A stretch of 61,532 bases of DNA from Thermoleophilaceae bacterium (GCA_025937135.1 JAICRZ010000001.1:1-61532), one strand, 5' to 3'. Numbered from the stretch's first letter, positions 25,725 through 33,864 are shown. The notes: generated by a model from the letters alone, not told the origin. Numbers and translations: made by a program.

Positions 25725-25912
25725 TCGCTCAGGCGCGCGATGAGCGCATCGAGCCGGAGGGCCTCGTCCTGCTCGAGCTTGGCGAGGGCCCGCAGCGCAG
25801 CGGGGTCACAGCCCAGCACCTCGGCCAGGCCCTCCAGCGAGCCGTCGAGGCGCTCGACCAGCTCGATCTGCTGGCGCACCGACGCGAGCGATGTCTCGCC
25901 GCCGCCCATCAC
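25688..25912 (-). CDS. hypothetical 74-aa protein
   Basis: Near-uniform G/C third positions. Predicted helical (VRQQIELVERLDGSLEGLAEVLG...LDALIARL). The 3' end overlaps the convergent GT-C gene by 37 nt. Confidence 0.5.
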   Translation of the reverse strand: MMGGGETSLASVRQQIELVERLDGSLEGLAEVLGCDPAALRALAKLEQDEALRLDALIARLSDQRYCGGTGGQE

Positions 25913-25934
25913 TGCCGCGCGTACGTCCGGACTT

Positions 25935-25960
25935 CGCCCCCCGGCCGGCGCCGGGGGGCG
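25935..25960 (-). terminator. strong GC hairpin 14 nt downstream of the lipoprotein gene stop
   Basis: CGCCCCCCGG-ccggcg-CCGGGGGGCG forms a perfect 10-bp stem. No U-tract follows. Confidence 0.4.
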
Positions 25961-25973
25961 AATCCGTTACCGG

Positions 25974-27041
25974 CTACTTCAGGAGCGCGGCGCACTTCTG
26001 GATGGCCGCCGTGTCGCTCGGGTTGGCCTTCTCGATGCACTGCGAGTAGGCCTGGAACTGCTTCGAGCTCGGCGACTTGCCGCTGGAGCCGCTGGACCCG
26101 GAGCCGCCCGAGCCCGAGCCCGAGCCGGACCCGGAGCCCGAGGAGCCAGCTCCGCCCAGGCCGCCCAGCGCGCCCTGGAGCTGCGAGAGCGGCTTGGCGT
26201 TCGGCGGCGCGGTCACCGTCTGCTTCTGGCCGACCTTCGTCAGGTCGAGCGAGAAGGTGATGTTGCCGCCCGTCGCGCCCTGGAACTGCGACTTCATGTT
26301 GTCCGGGATCTGGAAGTCGATCGACACGTTGAGGCGACGGAGCGTGTCGTCGTCCTTGCCCACGTAGACGTCGAACTTCGGGTTCTTGACGATGTCCTTG
26401 ACCTGCGAGATCTGCTGCGGCGTGAGCGTCTTGGTGGTGCCTGCCGCTGCGCCGGCCTGATCGATCGTCTTGTTCAGGTCGTTCAGCATCTTCTCGACGT
26501 CGAGACCGGCCTGGACGTGCGTGGTGTTCACGCCGTCGACGTTCTCGTCGCCCTTGTCCTGAGCGTCCGTGATCCAGTTGACGGGGTCGATGCCGAAGTC
26601 CTTCAGCGACTTGCCCTGCGTCTGCGAGCCGAGGCGCTGGTTGAACTGAGCCACCTGCGCCTTGCCGACCTCGTAGTTCGAGCCCTGGAAGCCCACGAAC
26701 ACGTTGTCGCCGGTCGAGGTCAGCGTGCCGGAGAACGACTGGCCGCCGCCGGACACGTTGGTCTGCCAGTTGAAGCTCGGGATCTTCGTCTTCCCGTTCG
26801 ACTGGTACGGGCCGGTGAGCTTGAGCTGAACCGGCTGCGAGAGCTGGGCGACGCCGTCGACCTTCGCCGTGAACTGAAGATTCACGACCGCGCTCTGGAT
26901 CGAGTGGCTGAATGCCTTCTTGACGGTGTCCTTCGCGTCCGAGCTGCTGCCACCGCCGCCGCAACCGGCGAGCAGGGCCAGGAGCCCGAGCACAGCGAGG
27001 AGGGTGACCGCGCGTGGCGGTGTTATGCGGGGGAATCTCAA
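25974..27041 (-). CDS. lipoprotein of unknown function with C-terminal Gly/Ser tract
   Basis: Track ORF 25974-27113. TTG 27041 is preferred (MRFPRITPPRAVTLLAVLGLLALLAGC lipobox) because ATG 27113 leaves only 17 nt to the divergent gene. Contains the GSGSGSGSGSGGSGSSGSSG tract and a C-terminal Cys pair. Confidence 0.7.
   Translation of the reverse strand: MRFPRITPPRAVTLLAVLGLLALLAGCGGGGSSSDAKDTVKKAFSHSIQSAVVNLQFTAKVDGVAQLSQPVQLKLTGPYQSNGKTKIPSFNWQTNVSGGGQSFSGTLTSTGDNVFVGFQGSNYEVGKAQVAQFNQRLGSQTQGKSLKDFGIDPVNWITDAQDKGDENVDGVNTTHVQAGLDVEKMLNDLNKTIDQAGAAAGTTKTLTPQQISQVKDIVKNPKFDVYVGKDDDTLRRLNVSIDFQIPDNMKSQFQGATGGNITFSLDLTKVGQKQTVTAPPNAKPLSQLQGALGGLGGAGSSGSGSGSGSGSGGSGSSGSSGKSPSSKQFQAYSQCIEKANPSDTAAIQKCAALLK
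26082..26156 (-). repeat. coding low-complexity (GAGCCN)n tract encoding a Gly/Ser linker
   Basis: gagccgctggacccggagccgcccgagcccgagcccgagccggacccggagcccgaggagcc. The minus-strand frame gives GSSGSGSGSGSGSGGSGSSGSSG. Confidence 0.8.
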
Positions 27042-27130
27042 GCGAACTTCTCCAAGTCGTGTGTCTGGGGTTCCGTCCGAGCGTACACAGACTTCCTGAG
27101 GCCGCAACCCCATAAGCTGGGAGCGACCAC

Positions 27131-28342
27131 ATGGCGCCTCGCACCATCCTCTACACGGGAAAGGGGGGTGTCGGGAAGACGAGCGTCGCCGCCGCCACAG
27201 CGCGCCGATGCGCCGCGGCCGGCCTGCGCACCGTCGTTCTCTCGACCGACCCGGCCCACAGCCTGTCCGACTCGCTCGAGGCCGAGCTGGGCACGACTCC
27301 GACGCGGGCGGCGGACAACCTCTGGGGCCAGGAGGTGCAGGCCCAGGAGGAGATGGAGCGCCACTGGGAGGCCGTCCAGGACTGGATGGGCGACATGCTC
27401 GCCGAGCGCGGTGTCGACCGCATCACGGCCGAGGAGCTGACCGTCCCGCCCGGCATGGACGAGCTGTTCTCGCTGCTCCAGATCAAGGCCCACCACGAGT
27501 CGGGTGAGTTCGACGCGATCGTCGTCGACTGCGCGCCCACGGGCGAGACGCTGCGGCTGCTGTCGTTCCCGGACGTCGCCGGCTGGTGGATCGAGAAGGT
27601 GTTCCCGATCGAGCGCAAGATGATGGCCGCCGCGCGCCCGTTCGCGCGCGCGATGCTCGACATCTCGCTGCCGCCCGAGAAGGTCTTCGACGACGTGCAG
27701 AAGCTCGTGCGCAACCTCGTCGCGATGAACGGCATCCTGCGCGACCGCCGCAGCACGTCGATCCGGCTCGTGATGAACCCCGACCGGATGGTCATCAAGG
27801 AGTCGATGCGCACCTTCACCTACCTGAACCTCTACGGCTACCTCACCGACGCCGTGGTGGTGAACCGCGTGTTCCCGGCCGACGTGGACGGCGGCTACTT
27901 CGAGGGCTGGCGCGCGGTGCAGCAGGAGCAGATGGAGCTCGTGCGGTCGGCGTTCGCGCCGGTGCCGATCCTGGTGGCGCCCTACTTCGCGGAGGAGGTG
28001 ATCGGCGAGCGCATGCTCGAGCGCCTGGCCGGCGAGCTGTTCGGCGACGGCGACGCCGGCGCGCTGCTGCACGACGACCTCGCGCAGGAGCTCGTGACCG
28101 ACAACGGCACCGCCGTGCTGCGGCTGCCTATCCCGTTCGTGGAAAAGGCCGACATCGGGTTGAAGAAGATCGGCCTGGAGGTCGTGGTCCGGGTCGGTGG
28201 CCAGAAGCGGACTATCATCCTGCCCCCGTCGCTGGCGGCCTACAGGCCGCGCTCGGCGCAATTCGAGGACGGCGCGCTGAGCGTGCGGTTCGAGCGGACT
28301 GACGATGGATCAACAGGAGACGAAGCCGCCACCTCGAGCTGA
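27131..28342 (+). CDS. ArsA/Get3-family ATPase with HSP20-like C-terminal domain
   Basis: Deviant Walker A GKGGVGKTS and signature STDPAHSLSD. The C-terminal beta-rich tail is VLRLPIPFVEKADIGLKKIGLEVVVRVGGQKRTIILP. Confidence 0.88.
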   Translation: MAPRTILYTGKGGVGKTSVAAATARRCAAAGLRTVVLSTDPAHSLSDSLEAELGTTPTRAADNLWGQEVQAQEEMERHWEAVQDWMGDMLAERGVDRITAEELTVPPGMDELFSLLQIKAHHESGEFDAIVVDCAPTGETLRLLSFPDVAGWWIEKVFPIERKMMAAARPFARAMLDISLPPEKVFDDVQKLVRNLVAMNGILRDRRSTSIRLVMNPDRMVIKESMRTFTYLNLYGYLTDAVVVNRVFPADVDGGYFEGWRAVQQEQMELVRSAFAPVPILVAPYFAEEVIGERMLERLAGELFGDGDAGALLHDDLAQELVTDNGTAVLRLPIPFVEKADIGLKKIGLEVVVRVGGQKRTIILPPSLAAYRPRSAQFEDGALSVRFERTDDGSTGDEAATSS

Positions 28343-28586
28343 TCCCCCGGACTGGGACTGGGCCGAGCAGTACACGGCCCCGCACCGCCCGAGCGGGCCC
28401 GACCTGTCGGCGCTGATCGCCCTGCTCGACTCGCTGCGGCGCCTGATCCCGCCGGAGCTCCAGGAGCAGTTCAACGCGCTTCAGCGCGAGCTGCTGCTCA
28501 CCGTCCGCGGACTGATCGACTGGCAGCTCGAGCGGCTCGAGGCCGGCAAGCCGGAAGCGCAGGTCGAGGAGATCCCGATCGACTAG
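28305..28586 (+). CDS. hypothetical 93-aa protein
   Basis: Overlaps the ArsA-like gene by 38 nt. High GC3 after the overlap. Helical C-terminal half (LIALLDSLRRLIPPELQEQFNALQRELLLTVRGLIDWQLERL). Confidence 0.55.
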   Translation: MDQQETKPPPRADPPDWDWAEQYTAPHRPSGPDLSALIALLDSLRRLIPPELQEQFNALQRELLLTVRGLIDWQLERLEAGKPEAQVEEIPID

Positions 28587-28798
28587 CGGCGGATGTCGAT
28601 CGCCCGGATCGAGTGCTCGTCGGGCAGCTTGGCGAGCACCTCGCGGACGATGTGCTGGACGTCGCGCTCGTCGTGCCCGAGGTCGTCGAGCAGCGAGTGC
28701 AGCGCCGTGTGGACGATCTTGAGCTGGCCCGGCGTGAGGTCGAGCCGGAAGGCCACCTCGTCGGGTCCGATCAGGTGCAGTTCCTCTTCGTCGGCCAT
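28583..28798 (-). CDS. hypothetical 71-aa acidic protein
   Basis: Track ORF 28583-28828. The ATG at 28798 (MADEEELHLIG...) is preferred. High GC3. The stop overlaps the stop of the convergent gene 28305-28586 by 4 nt. Confidence 0.55.
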   Translation of the reverse strand: MADEEELHLIGPDEVAFRLDLTPGQLKIVHTALHSLLDDLGHDERDVQHIVREVLAKLPDEHSIRAIDIRR

Positions 28799-28846
28799 GG
28801 CGCGAGCATAGTCGGCGCCGCCGACCACAGGGGTAGCCTTTTAGCG

Positions 28847-29320
28847 ATGGAGCAGCGTGTCCCCAAGATCTGGGTGCTCACCGGATCACTCGACAACTTC
28901 CGCGCGACGGCGGAGCAGGACTTCCGCGTGATCGGGATGAAGGAGCGCCGGCGGCGCCTCGCGGAGCAGGTCGAGGAGGGTGACGTGATCGTCTTCTACG
29001 TGACGGGCGTCCAGGCGTTCGCCGGCACGGTGCGCGTCACGGGCCCGATGTACGAGGACCGCTCGAAGATCTGGCCGGGCAAGCCGCGCGCGCCGGACCC
29101 CTACCCATGGCGCTTCGAGACCCAGCCCGTGATCATCCTGGCCGAGGAGGAGTTCGTCCCCGCGGAGGAGCTCGCGCAGCAGCTCGAGCATGTGCGCAAG
29201 TGGCCGGCCGAGCACTGGCATCTCGCCTTCCAGGGCCAGCTGCGGACGATCTCCAACGAGGATGCCGCGGTGATCGGGCGCGCTCTGCGGGATGCCGCGC
29301 ACTACAGCGACGCGGCGTGA
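28847..29320 (+). CDS. EVE domain (PUA-like, UPF0310-type) protein
   Basis: In frame inside track ORF 28613-29320. ATG 28847 (MEQRVPKIWVLTGSLDNFR...). Contains GDVIVFYVTG...AGTVRVTG...DPYPWRF...WHLAFQGQLRTIS, which matches the archaeal/bacterial UPF0310 EVE-like pattern from memory. Confidence 0.7.
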   Translation: MEQRVPKIWVLTGSLDNFRATAEQDFRVIGMKERRRRLAEQVEEGDVIVFYVTGVQAFAGTVRVTGPMYEDRSKIWPGKPRAPDPYPWRFETQPVIILAEEEFVPAEELAQQLEHVRKWPAEHWHLAFQGQLRTISNEDAAVIGRALRDAAHYSDAA

Positions 29321-29526
29321 GCACGGAGCGCGTGAGGACGCTGCTCCTGCGCGGCGACAACGTGTTGAAGAGCGCCCAACCCCATAGCTTCGGCCGCGCT
29401 CTCGCGACGTTCGAGGAGGCGCGCGAGGCGGCCGCCGACCCGTCGGTGGACCCGCGCGTGCGCGAACTCGTGGAGCGCCGGATCGAGGCGCTGCACGAGC
29501 TCATGGAGGGCGCTGGTGAACCATGA
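29317..29526 (+). CDS. hypothetical 69-aa helical protein
   Basis: GTG 29317 overlaps the EVE stop (GTGA). It lies in frame inside track ORF 29107-29526. High GC3. Confidence 0.5.
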   Translation: MSTERVRTLLLRGDNVLKSAQPHSFGRALATFEEAREAAADPSVDPRVRELVERRIEALHELMEGAGEP

Positions 29527-29893
29527 GCGCCACTACAGCGTGGAGCAGGCGAACGCGGCGCTCGACTTCGTCGGGCAGCGGATCGAACGGCTGCGCGCCG
29601 CGCGCGTCCAGCTCAGCGACGAGGAGGCGCGCGCCGCTCTGACCGACGCCGGGCCGACCAACGGCGGCGGCAGTCCGGGCCGCGTCGTGTCGGAGGCCTT
29701 CCTCGAGCTCCAGCGCTCGCTCGCCGACCTTCAGGCGATGGAGATCGTCCTGCGCGATCTCGATCGCGGGCTCGTCGACTTCCCGGCGCTGCGCGAGGGC
29801 GAGGAGGTCTACCTCTGCTGGGAGGAGGGCGAGGACGAGATCGCCTTCTGGCACGACACCGAATCGGGTTATGGCGGACGCGAGCCGCTCTGA
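29516..29893 (+). CDS. DUF2203 family protein
   Basis: GTG start overlapping the previous stop by 11 nt. ...RDLDRGLVDFPALREGEEVYLCWEEGEDEIAFWHD... matches the DUF2203 signature as I remember it. Confidence 0.7.
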   Translation: MNHERHYSVEQANAALDFVGQRIERLRAARVQLSDEEARAALTDAGPTNGGGSPGRVVSEAFLELQRSLADLQAMEIVLRDLDRGLVDFPALREGEEVYLCWEEGEDEIAFWHDTESGYGGREPL

Positions 29894-30473
29894 GCTGCCG
29901 CGGCGCGTCGCGCTCGGGGTGGCCGGCACGTGGCGACGGCTGAACTTCGAGCAGCGCGTGGCGGGCGTCGGCGCGCTGCTGCTCGTGGTGAGCACGTTCG
30001 GCCCGTTCTCGTTCGTCGAGGCGGCGATCGTGCTGATCGGGCTGTCGGTGCTCTACCTGCTGCGCAAGCGCGCCGAGGACCGCGAGTTCCACGTGCCGTT
30101 CGGCGACGGCGCGGTGATCGCGGCGGCCGGCGCGTGGTCGGGCCTGTTGATCCTCATCCGCCTCTTCGACCGGCCGCTCGGCCAGGGGCTGCTCGCGCTC
30201 GTGTGCGCCGCGCTGCTGATCGTCGCGGGGCTCTCGGAGCGGCGCAAGCGGCCCCCCGACGATCTGGCCGCGGGCGACGCCGCCACGCGCCAGCGCGGAT
30301 CCGGCGACGTCCCGGCCCGGCGGCGGCGCCCGCGCGCGCCGGCGCCCGTGCGCGAGCAGCTGTTCGACCCCGAGAGCGGCGCGATCGACGAGCTGCGCTC
30401 GGTGCACGACGAGCCGACCGAGCCGCTCGCTCCGCCCGAGTACGAGCCGCCGACCCGGCGACCGCCCTCCTAG
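29871..30473 (+). CDS. hypothetical membrane protein
   Basis: Overlaps the DUF2203 gene by 23 nt. About 4 TM segments and a Pro/Arg-rich C-terminal tail. Confidence 0.6.
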   Translation: MADASRSELPRRVALGVAGTWRRLNFEQRVAGVGALLLVVSTFGPFSFVEAAIVLIGLSVLYLLRKRAEDREFHVPFGDGAVIAAAGAWSGLLILIRLFDRPLGQGLLALVCAALLIVAGLSERRKRPPDDLAAGDAATRQRGSGDVPARRRRPRAPAPVREQLFDPESGAIDELRSVHDEPTEPLAPPEYEPPTRRPPS

Positions 30474-31075
30474 GCCGGAAGCCGCATCATCCCGGCGCCC
30501 GGCAGCGCGTAGTAGACGGCGAGCGCGCCGATGATCACGAGGCAGACCGGCGCGCTGAAGAGCGCGACCACCAGCGCGACGACGTACAGCGGTGCTCCGA
30601 TCGTGAAACGGAACGTGCGCCGGCGGATCTCGTCGTCCGTCAGGTCCGCGCCGAGCAGCCGGCGGTCGCGCGACGCGTACGTCCAGAGCGCGCCGAAGCT
30701 CACTCCCATCAGCGTCATCGTGGCCGCGTAGACCACCGCCGCGACGCGCTCGCCCTCGCCGCCCTCGCGCATGTACGTGGCCATCAGGCTCGTGGCCCAC
30801 GGGATCAGCACGATCCACAAGAGCAGGAACAGGTTGTGCGCCATCAGCCGCCGGTCGACGCGCGCGAGGTGCTCGAAGACCGCGTGGTGGTTCATCCAGA
30901 TCACGCCGATCACCGCGAAGCTCACGACGTACGACGCGTACGACGGCCACTGCTCGCCCAGCGCATGCGCGAGCTTGCCGCCGGCCACCTCCGGCACCTT
31001 GATCTCGAGCACCAGCAGCGTGATCGCAACTGCGAACACGCCGTCGCTGAACGCCTCGAGCCGGCTCTTGTTCAT
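30470..31075 (-). CDS. TMEM175-like (DUF1211) putative K+ channel
   Basis: In frame inside track ORF 30470-31345. ATG 31075 overlaps the MATE stop (ATGA). MNKSRLEAFSDGVFAVAITLLVLEI matches the RxxxFSDGVFAIAITLL signature. Confidence 0.8.
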   Translation of the reverse strand: MNKSRLEAFSDGVFAVAITLLVLEIKVPEVAGGKLAHALGEQWPSYASYVVSFAVIGVIWMNHHAVFEHLARVDRRLMAHNLFLLLWIVLIPWATSLMATYMREGGEGERVAAVVYAATMTLMGVSFGALWTYASRDRRLLGADLTDDEIRRRTFRFTIGAPLYVVALVVALFSAPVCLVIIGALAVYYALPGAGMMRLPA

Positions 31076-32379
31076 GCGGGCGCTCCCACGATCGCCCAGC
31101 GGCGGCCGAGGAAGCGCGCGCCGGTCGTGACCACGCGCGCCGCGATCAGCGCGAGGATGCCCCACCAGACGCCGGTGATCCCCCAGCCGAAGTGCAGCGA
31201 CGCCAGCGCGATCGGCACGTACACGCCGACGGCGGAGCCGAGCATCGACCACATGAGGAAGCGCGTGTCGCCGGCGCCGATCAGGATCCCGTCGAGGGCG
31301 AACGCGATTCCGGCGAGCGGCTGCATGAGTGCGAACAATGGCCACACCGCGTGCGCGCGGTCAAGCACGGCCGGGTCGTCGCTGAACGCGTGCGGCAGCA
31401 CCCCGATCAGCGCGAGCATGAGCGCGCCGACGAGGGCGCCCACGGCCGTCGCCCAGCCGATCACGCGCAGGGACGCGTCGTAAGCGGCCTCGGCGTCGCC
31501 GCCACCGAGCGTGCGCGCCACCAGCACCTGCGCGGCGATCGCAACGGCGTCGAGCACGAGCGCCAGGAAGGTCCATAGCTGGAACGCGATCTGGTGCGCG
31601 GCGAGCGAGGCGGTGCCGATCCGCGCCAGCACCGCACTCGCCACGAGGAACGACGCGTAGAGCGCGGCCGTGCGCACGAAGATCTCGCCGCCGATCCGCA
31701 GCAGCGGCCGCATCAGCTCCGGACGCGGGCGCCGGGTCCACGCCGGCGCGCGCAGCAGCACGACCGCGAACGCCGCGCCCATGCCCGCCTGCGCGATTGC
31801 CGTCCCCCACGCCGACCCCGCGATTCCCCAGCCGAAGCCGTAGACGAACAGCAGCTCGAGCGCGACGTTCACCAGGTTCGCGATCACCACGATCCGCAGC
31901 GGCGTGCGCAGGTCGGACATGCCGCGCAGCCAGCCCTGCCCCGCGAGCGCGATCAGCGCGAACGGGAGGCCGATCGCGGCGATCCGCATGTAGACGACCG
32001 CGAGGTGCGCGGTGTGCCCCTGCCCGCCCATCAGCGCGACCGCCGGTTGCGCGAGCGCCACCGCGATCACCAGCAGCGCCACGCCGATCCCACTCGCCAG
32101 CCACAGCGCCTGCGCGCCGAGCGTGCCCGCGGTGGTCCCGTCGCCGGCGCCGTGGAGGCGCGCGACCTGGGCGGTCGTGCCGTAGGTCAGGAAGTTGAAC
32201 AGCGTGAACGCGCCGGTGAGCAGCGTGGCCGCGAGCGCGAGCGCCGCCAGCGGCGAGGTGCCGAGGTGGCCGACGATGGCGGTGTCCACGAGGATGTAGA
32301 GCGGCTCGGCCGCCAGCGCGCCGAGCGCGGGCAGCGCGAGCCGCAGGATCTCGCGGTCGTGCGTGGAGCGGCGGCTCAG
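31072..32379 (-). CDS. MATE family efflux transporter (DinF-like); start codon uncertain
   Basis: In frame inside track ORF 31072-33186. REILRLALPALGALAAEPLYILVDTAIVGHLG is a typical MATE N-terminus, and there are 12 TM-like segments. There is no ATG, GTG or TTG in frame for more than 90 codons upstream of it. A CTG at 32379 overlaps the citrate synthase stop (CTGA). The first canonical start downstream is GTG 32289, which would remove most of TM1. Confidence 0.75.
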   Translation of the reverse strand: MSRRSTHDREILRLALPALGALAAEPLYILVDTAIVGHLGTSPLAALALAATLLTGAFTLFNFLTYGTTAQVARLHGAGDGTTAGTLGAQALWLASGIGVALLVIAVALAQPAVALMGGQGHTAHLAVVYMRIAAIGLPFALIALAGQGWLRGMSDLRTPLRIVVIANLVNVALELLFVYGFGWGIAGSAWGTAIAQAGMGAAFAVVLLRAPAWTRRPRPELMRPLLRIGGEIFVRTAALYASFLVASAVLARIGTASLAAHQIAFQLWTFLALVLDAVAIAAQVLVARTLGGGDAEAAYDASLRVIGWATAVGALVGALMLALIGVLPHAFSDDPAVLDRAHAVWPLFALMQPLAGIAFALDGILIGAGDTRFLMWSMLGSAVGVYVPIALASLHFGWGITGVWWGILALIAARVVTTGARFLGRRWAIVGAPA

Positions 32380-33458
32380 AGCTCGTCGGGCGAGCGCGGC
32401 CCCGGGCCCACGTACGCCGCCGTCGGCCGGATCAGGCGCCCCTCGCGCTTCTGCTCGAGGATGTGCGCCGACCAGCCGGCCACGCGCGCGCAGGCGAACA
32501 TCGGCGTGAACAGGTCGGCCGGCACGCCGGCGTAGTCGAGCACCACCGCCGACCAGAACTCCACGTTGGTGGCGAGCACGCGGTCCGGCCGGCGCGCCTT
32601 CAGCTCCGCGAGCGCCGCCTGCTCCAGCGCCTCGGCCACCTCCACGCGCGGCGCGCCGATCTCGTGCGCGGTGCGCCGCAGCACGCGGGCACGCGGGTCC
32701 TCGGCGCGGTAGACGCGGTGCCCGAAGCCCATCAGGCGATCGCCGCGGTCGAGGATCTTCTTCACGTACGCCTCGGCGTCGCCCTCGCGCGCGACGTCGT
32801 CGAGCATCGTCAGCACGCGCGACGGCGCGCCGCCGTGCAGCGGCCCGGACAGCGCGCCAACGGCGGCCGACAGCGCGGCCGCGACGTCGGCGCCGGTCGA
32901 CGCCACGACGCGCGCGGTGAAGGTCGACGCGTTCATGCCGTGCTCGGCCGCGGAGATCCAGTAGGCGTCGATCGCCTTGACGTGGTCGGGATCGGCCTCG
33001 CCGCGCCAGCGCACCAGGAAGCGCCCGGGGATGGTGGTGGCCTGGTCGATGTCGGCCTCCGGCACGGGCGGCTTGCCCTGCCCGCGCGCCGACTGCGCGA
33101 CGAACGACAGCGCCATGACCGATGAGCGTGCGAGGTTGTCGCGCGCCTGCTCGTCGGTGATGTCGAGCAGCTGGCCGAAGCCCCACGACGGCGCGAGCTG
33201 AGCGAGCGCACTCTGAACGTCCACGCGCGTGTCACCCGTGCGCATCGGCAGCGGGTACGGCGTGGCGGGCGGCATGCCCGGCTCGAACGTCCCGTCCACC
33301 AGCAGCCCCCATACCTTCTCGAACGGGACCTTGCCGACGAGGTCGTCGATGTCCACGCCGCGGTATCGGAGCGACCCGCCCGCCTTGTCGGGCTCGGCGA
33401 TCTCCGTCGCGAACGCGACCACGCCCTCGAGTCCCGACTGCACCTCGGCTGTCGCCAT
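32376..33458 (-). CDS. citrate synthase (short, ~360-aa type)
   Basis: LEGVVAFATEI, LRYRGVDI, GPLHGGAP, GFGHRVYRAEDPRA. Confidence 0.92.
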   Translation of the reverse strand: MATAEVQSGLEGVVAFATEIAEPDKAGGSLRYRGVDIDDLVGKVPFEKVWGLLVDGTFEPGMPPATPYPLPMRTGDTRVDVQSALAQLAPSWGFGQLLDITDEQARDNLARSSVMALSFVAQSARGQGKPPVPEADIDQATTIPGRFLVRWRGEADPDHVKAIDAYWISAAEHGMNASTFTARVVASTGADVAAALSAAVGALSGPLHGGAPSRVLTMLDDVAREGDAEAYVKKILDRGDRLMGFGHRVYRAEDPRARVLRRTAHEIGAPRVEVAEALEQAALAELKARRPDRVLATNVEFWSAVVLDYAGVPADLFTPMFACARVAGWSAHILEQKREGRLIRPTAAYVGPGPRSPDEL

Positions 33459-33476
33459 TGCGGCTCTCCTCTTCTC

Positions 33477-33492
33477 CCAGAAAGTTTTCTGG
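33477..33492. promoter_or_regulatory. inverted repeat CCAGAAA-GT-TTTCTGG between the cupredoxin stop and the citrate synthase start
   Basis: 7-bp arms in an AT-richer spacer, 19-34 nt upstream of citrate synthase ATG 33458. Confidence 0.35.
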
Positions 33493-33504
33493 ATCGAGAG
33501 GTTA

Positions 33505-33864
33505 TTAGCGGCGCACTACAAGCTTCGCGTGCATCCCCAGCTTGCGGTGGTTCGCGCGCGTGCAGAGCAGGTAGTAGGTGCCCGGCCGGCGCAGGTTGGC
33601 GCGCACCGACGCACGGTTGCCCGGCTCCACGTCGGGCCCCTTCACGAGGAAGTGCTTCGGCCCCTTGATCACCAGGTTGTGCGTGTCCTGGCCGAAGTTC
33701 GTGACGTTGAACTTGACGGGGCCGCGCCTGACCGAGTCGGCGTAGGTGGAGATGCGGAACTCGCGCTCGGCGATCCCGAGCGTGACCGGGCCGCGAGCGG
33801 TGGCGGCCGCCGGTCCGAGGACGGCCAGAGCAACGAGCGTGGCCGCGGCGATGCGCCGCCTCAT
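33505..33864 (-). CDS. exported cupredoxin-like protein
   Basis: In frame inside track ORF 33505-35367. ATG 33864 overlaps the DUF1501 stop (ATGA). Signal peptide MRRRIAAATLVALAVLGPAAATA. Candidate type-1 Cu ligands are H in QDTHNL and C-x4-H-x4-M in LLCTRANHRKLGMH. Confidence 0.65.
   Translation of the reverse strand: MRRRIAAATLVALAVLGPAAATARGPVTLGIAEREFRISTYADSVRRGPVKFNVTNFGQDTHNLVIKGPKHFLVKGPDVEPGNRASVRANLRRPGTYYLLCTRANHRKLGMHAKLVVRR

Noticed and set aside
26082-26156. Tandem repeat as a CRISPR-like or non-coding VNTR element
   Set aside because: The period is only 6 nt and there are no spacers. The tract lies in frame inside a lipoprotein gene, where it encodes a Gly/Ser linker.
23378-26260. 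The longest ORF in the track (960 aa, + strand), plus other very long ORFs such as 22036-24192(-), 19501-21510(-), 16134-17801(-), 929-2158(-), 36102-37931(+) and 57657-60038(+) upstream of 58656
   Set aside because: Their translations are dominated by Arg, Pro, Ala and Gly and show no motifs. They lie out of frame or antisense to genes with clear family signatures. These are typical shadow ORFs of a very GC-rich genome.
27131-28342. ArsA as part of an arsenic resistance operon
   Set aside because: There are no arsB/ACR3, arsC, arsD or arsR genes in the vicinity. The protein has a single ATPase domain with an HSP20-like tail rather than the duplicated ArsA pump subunit.
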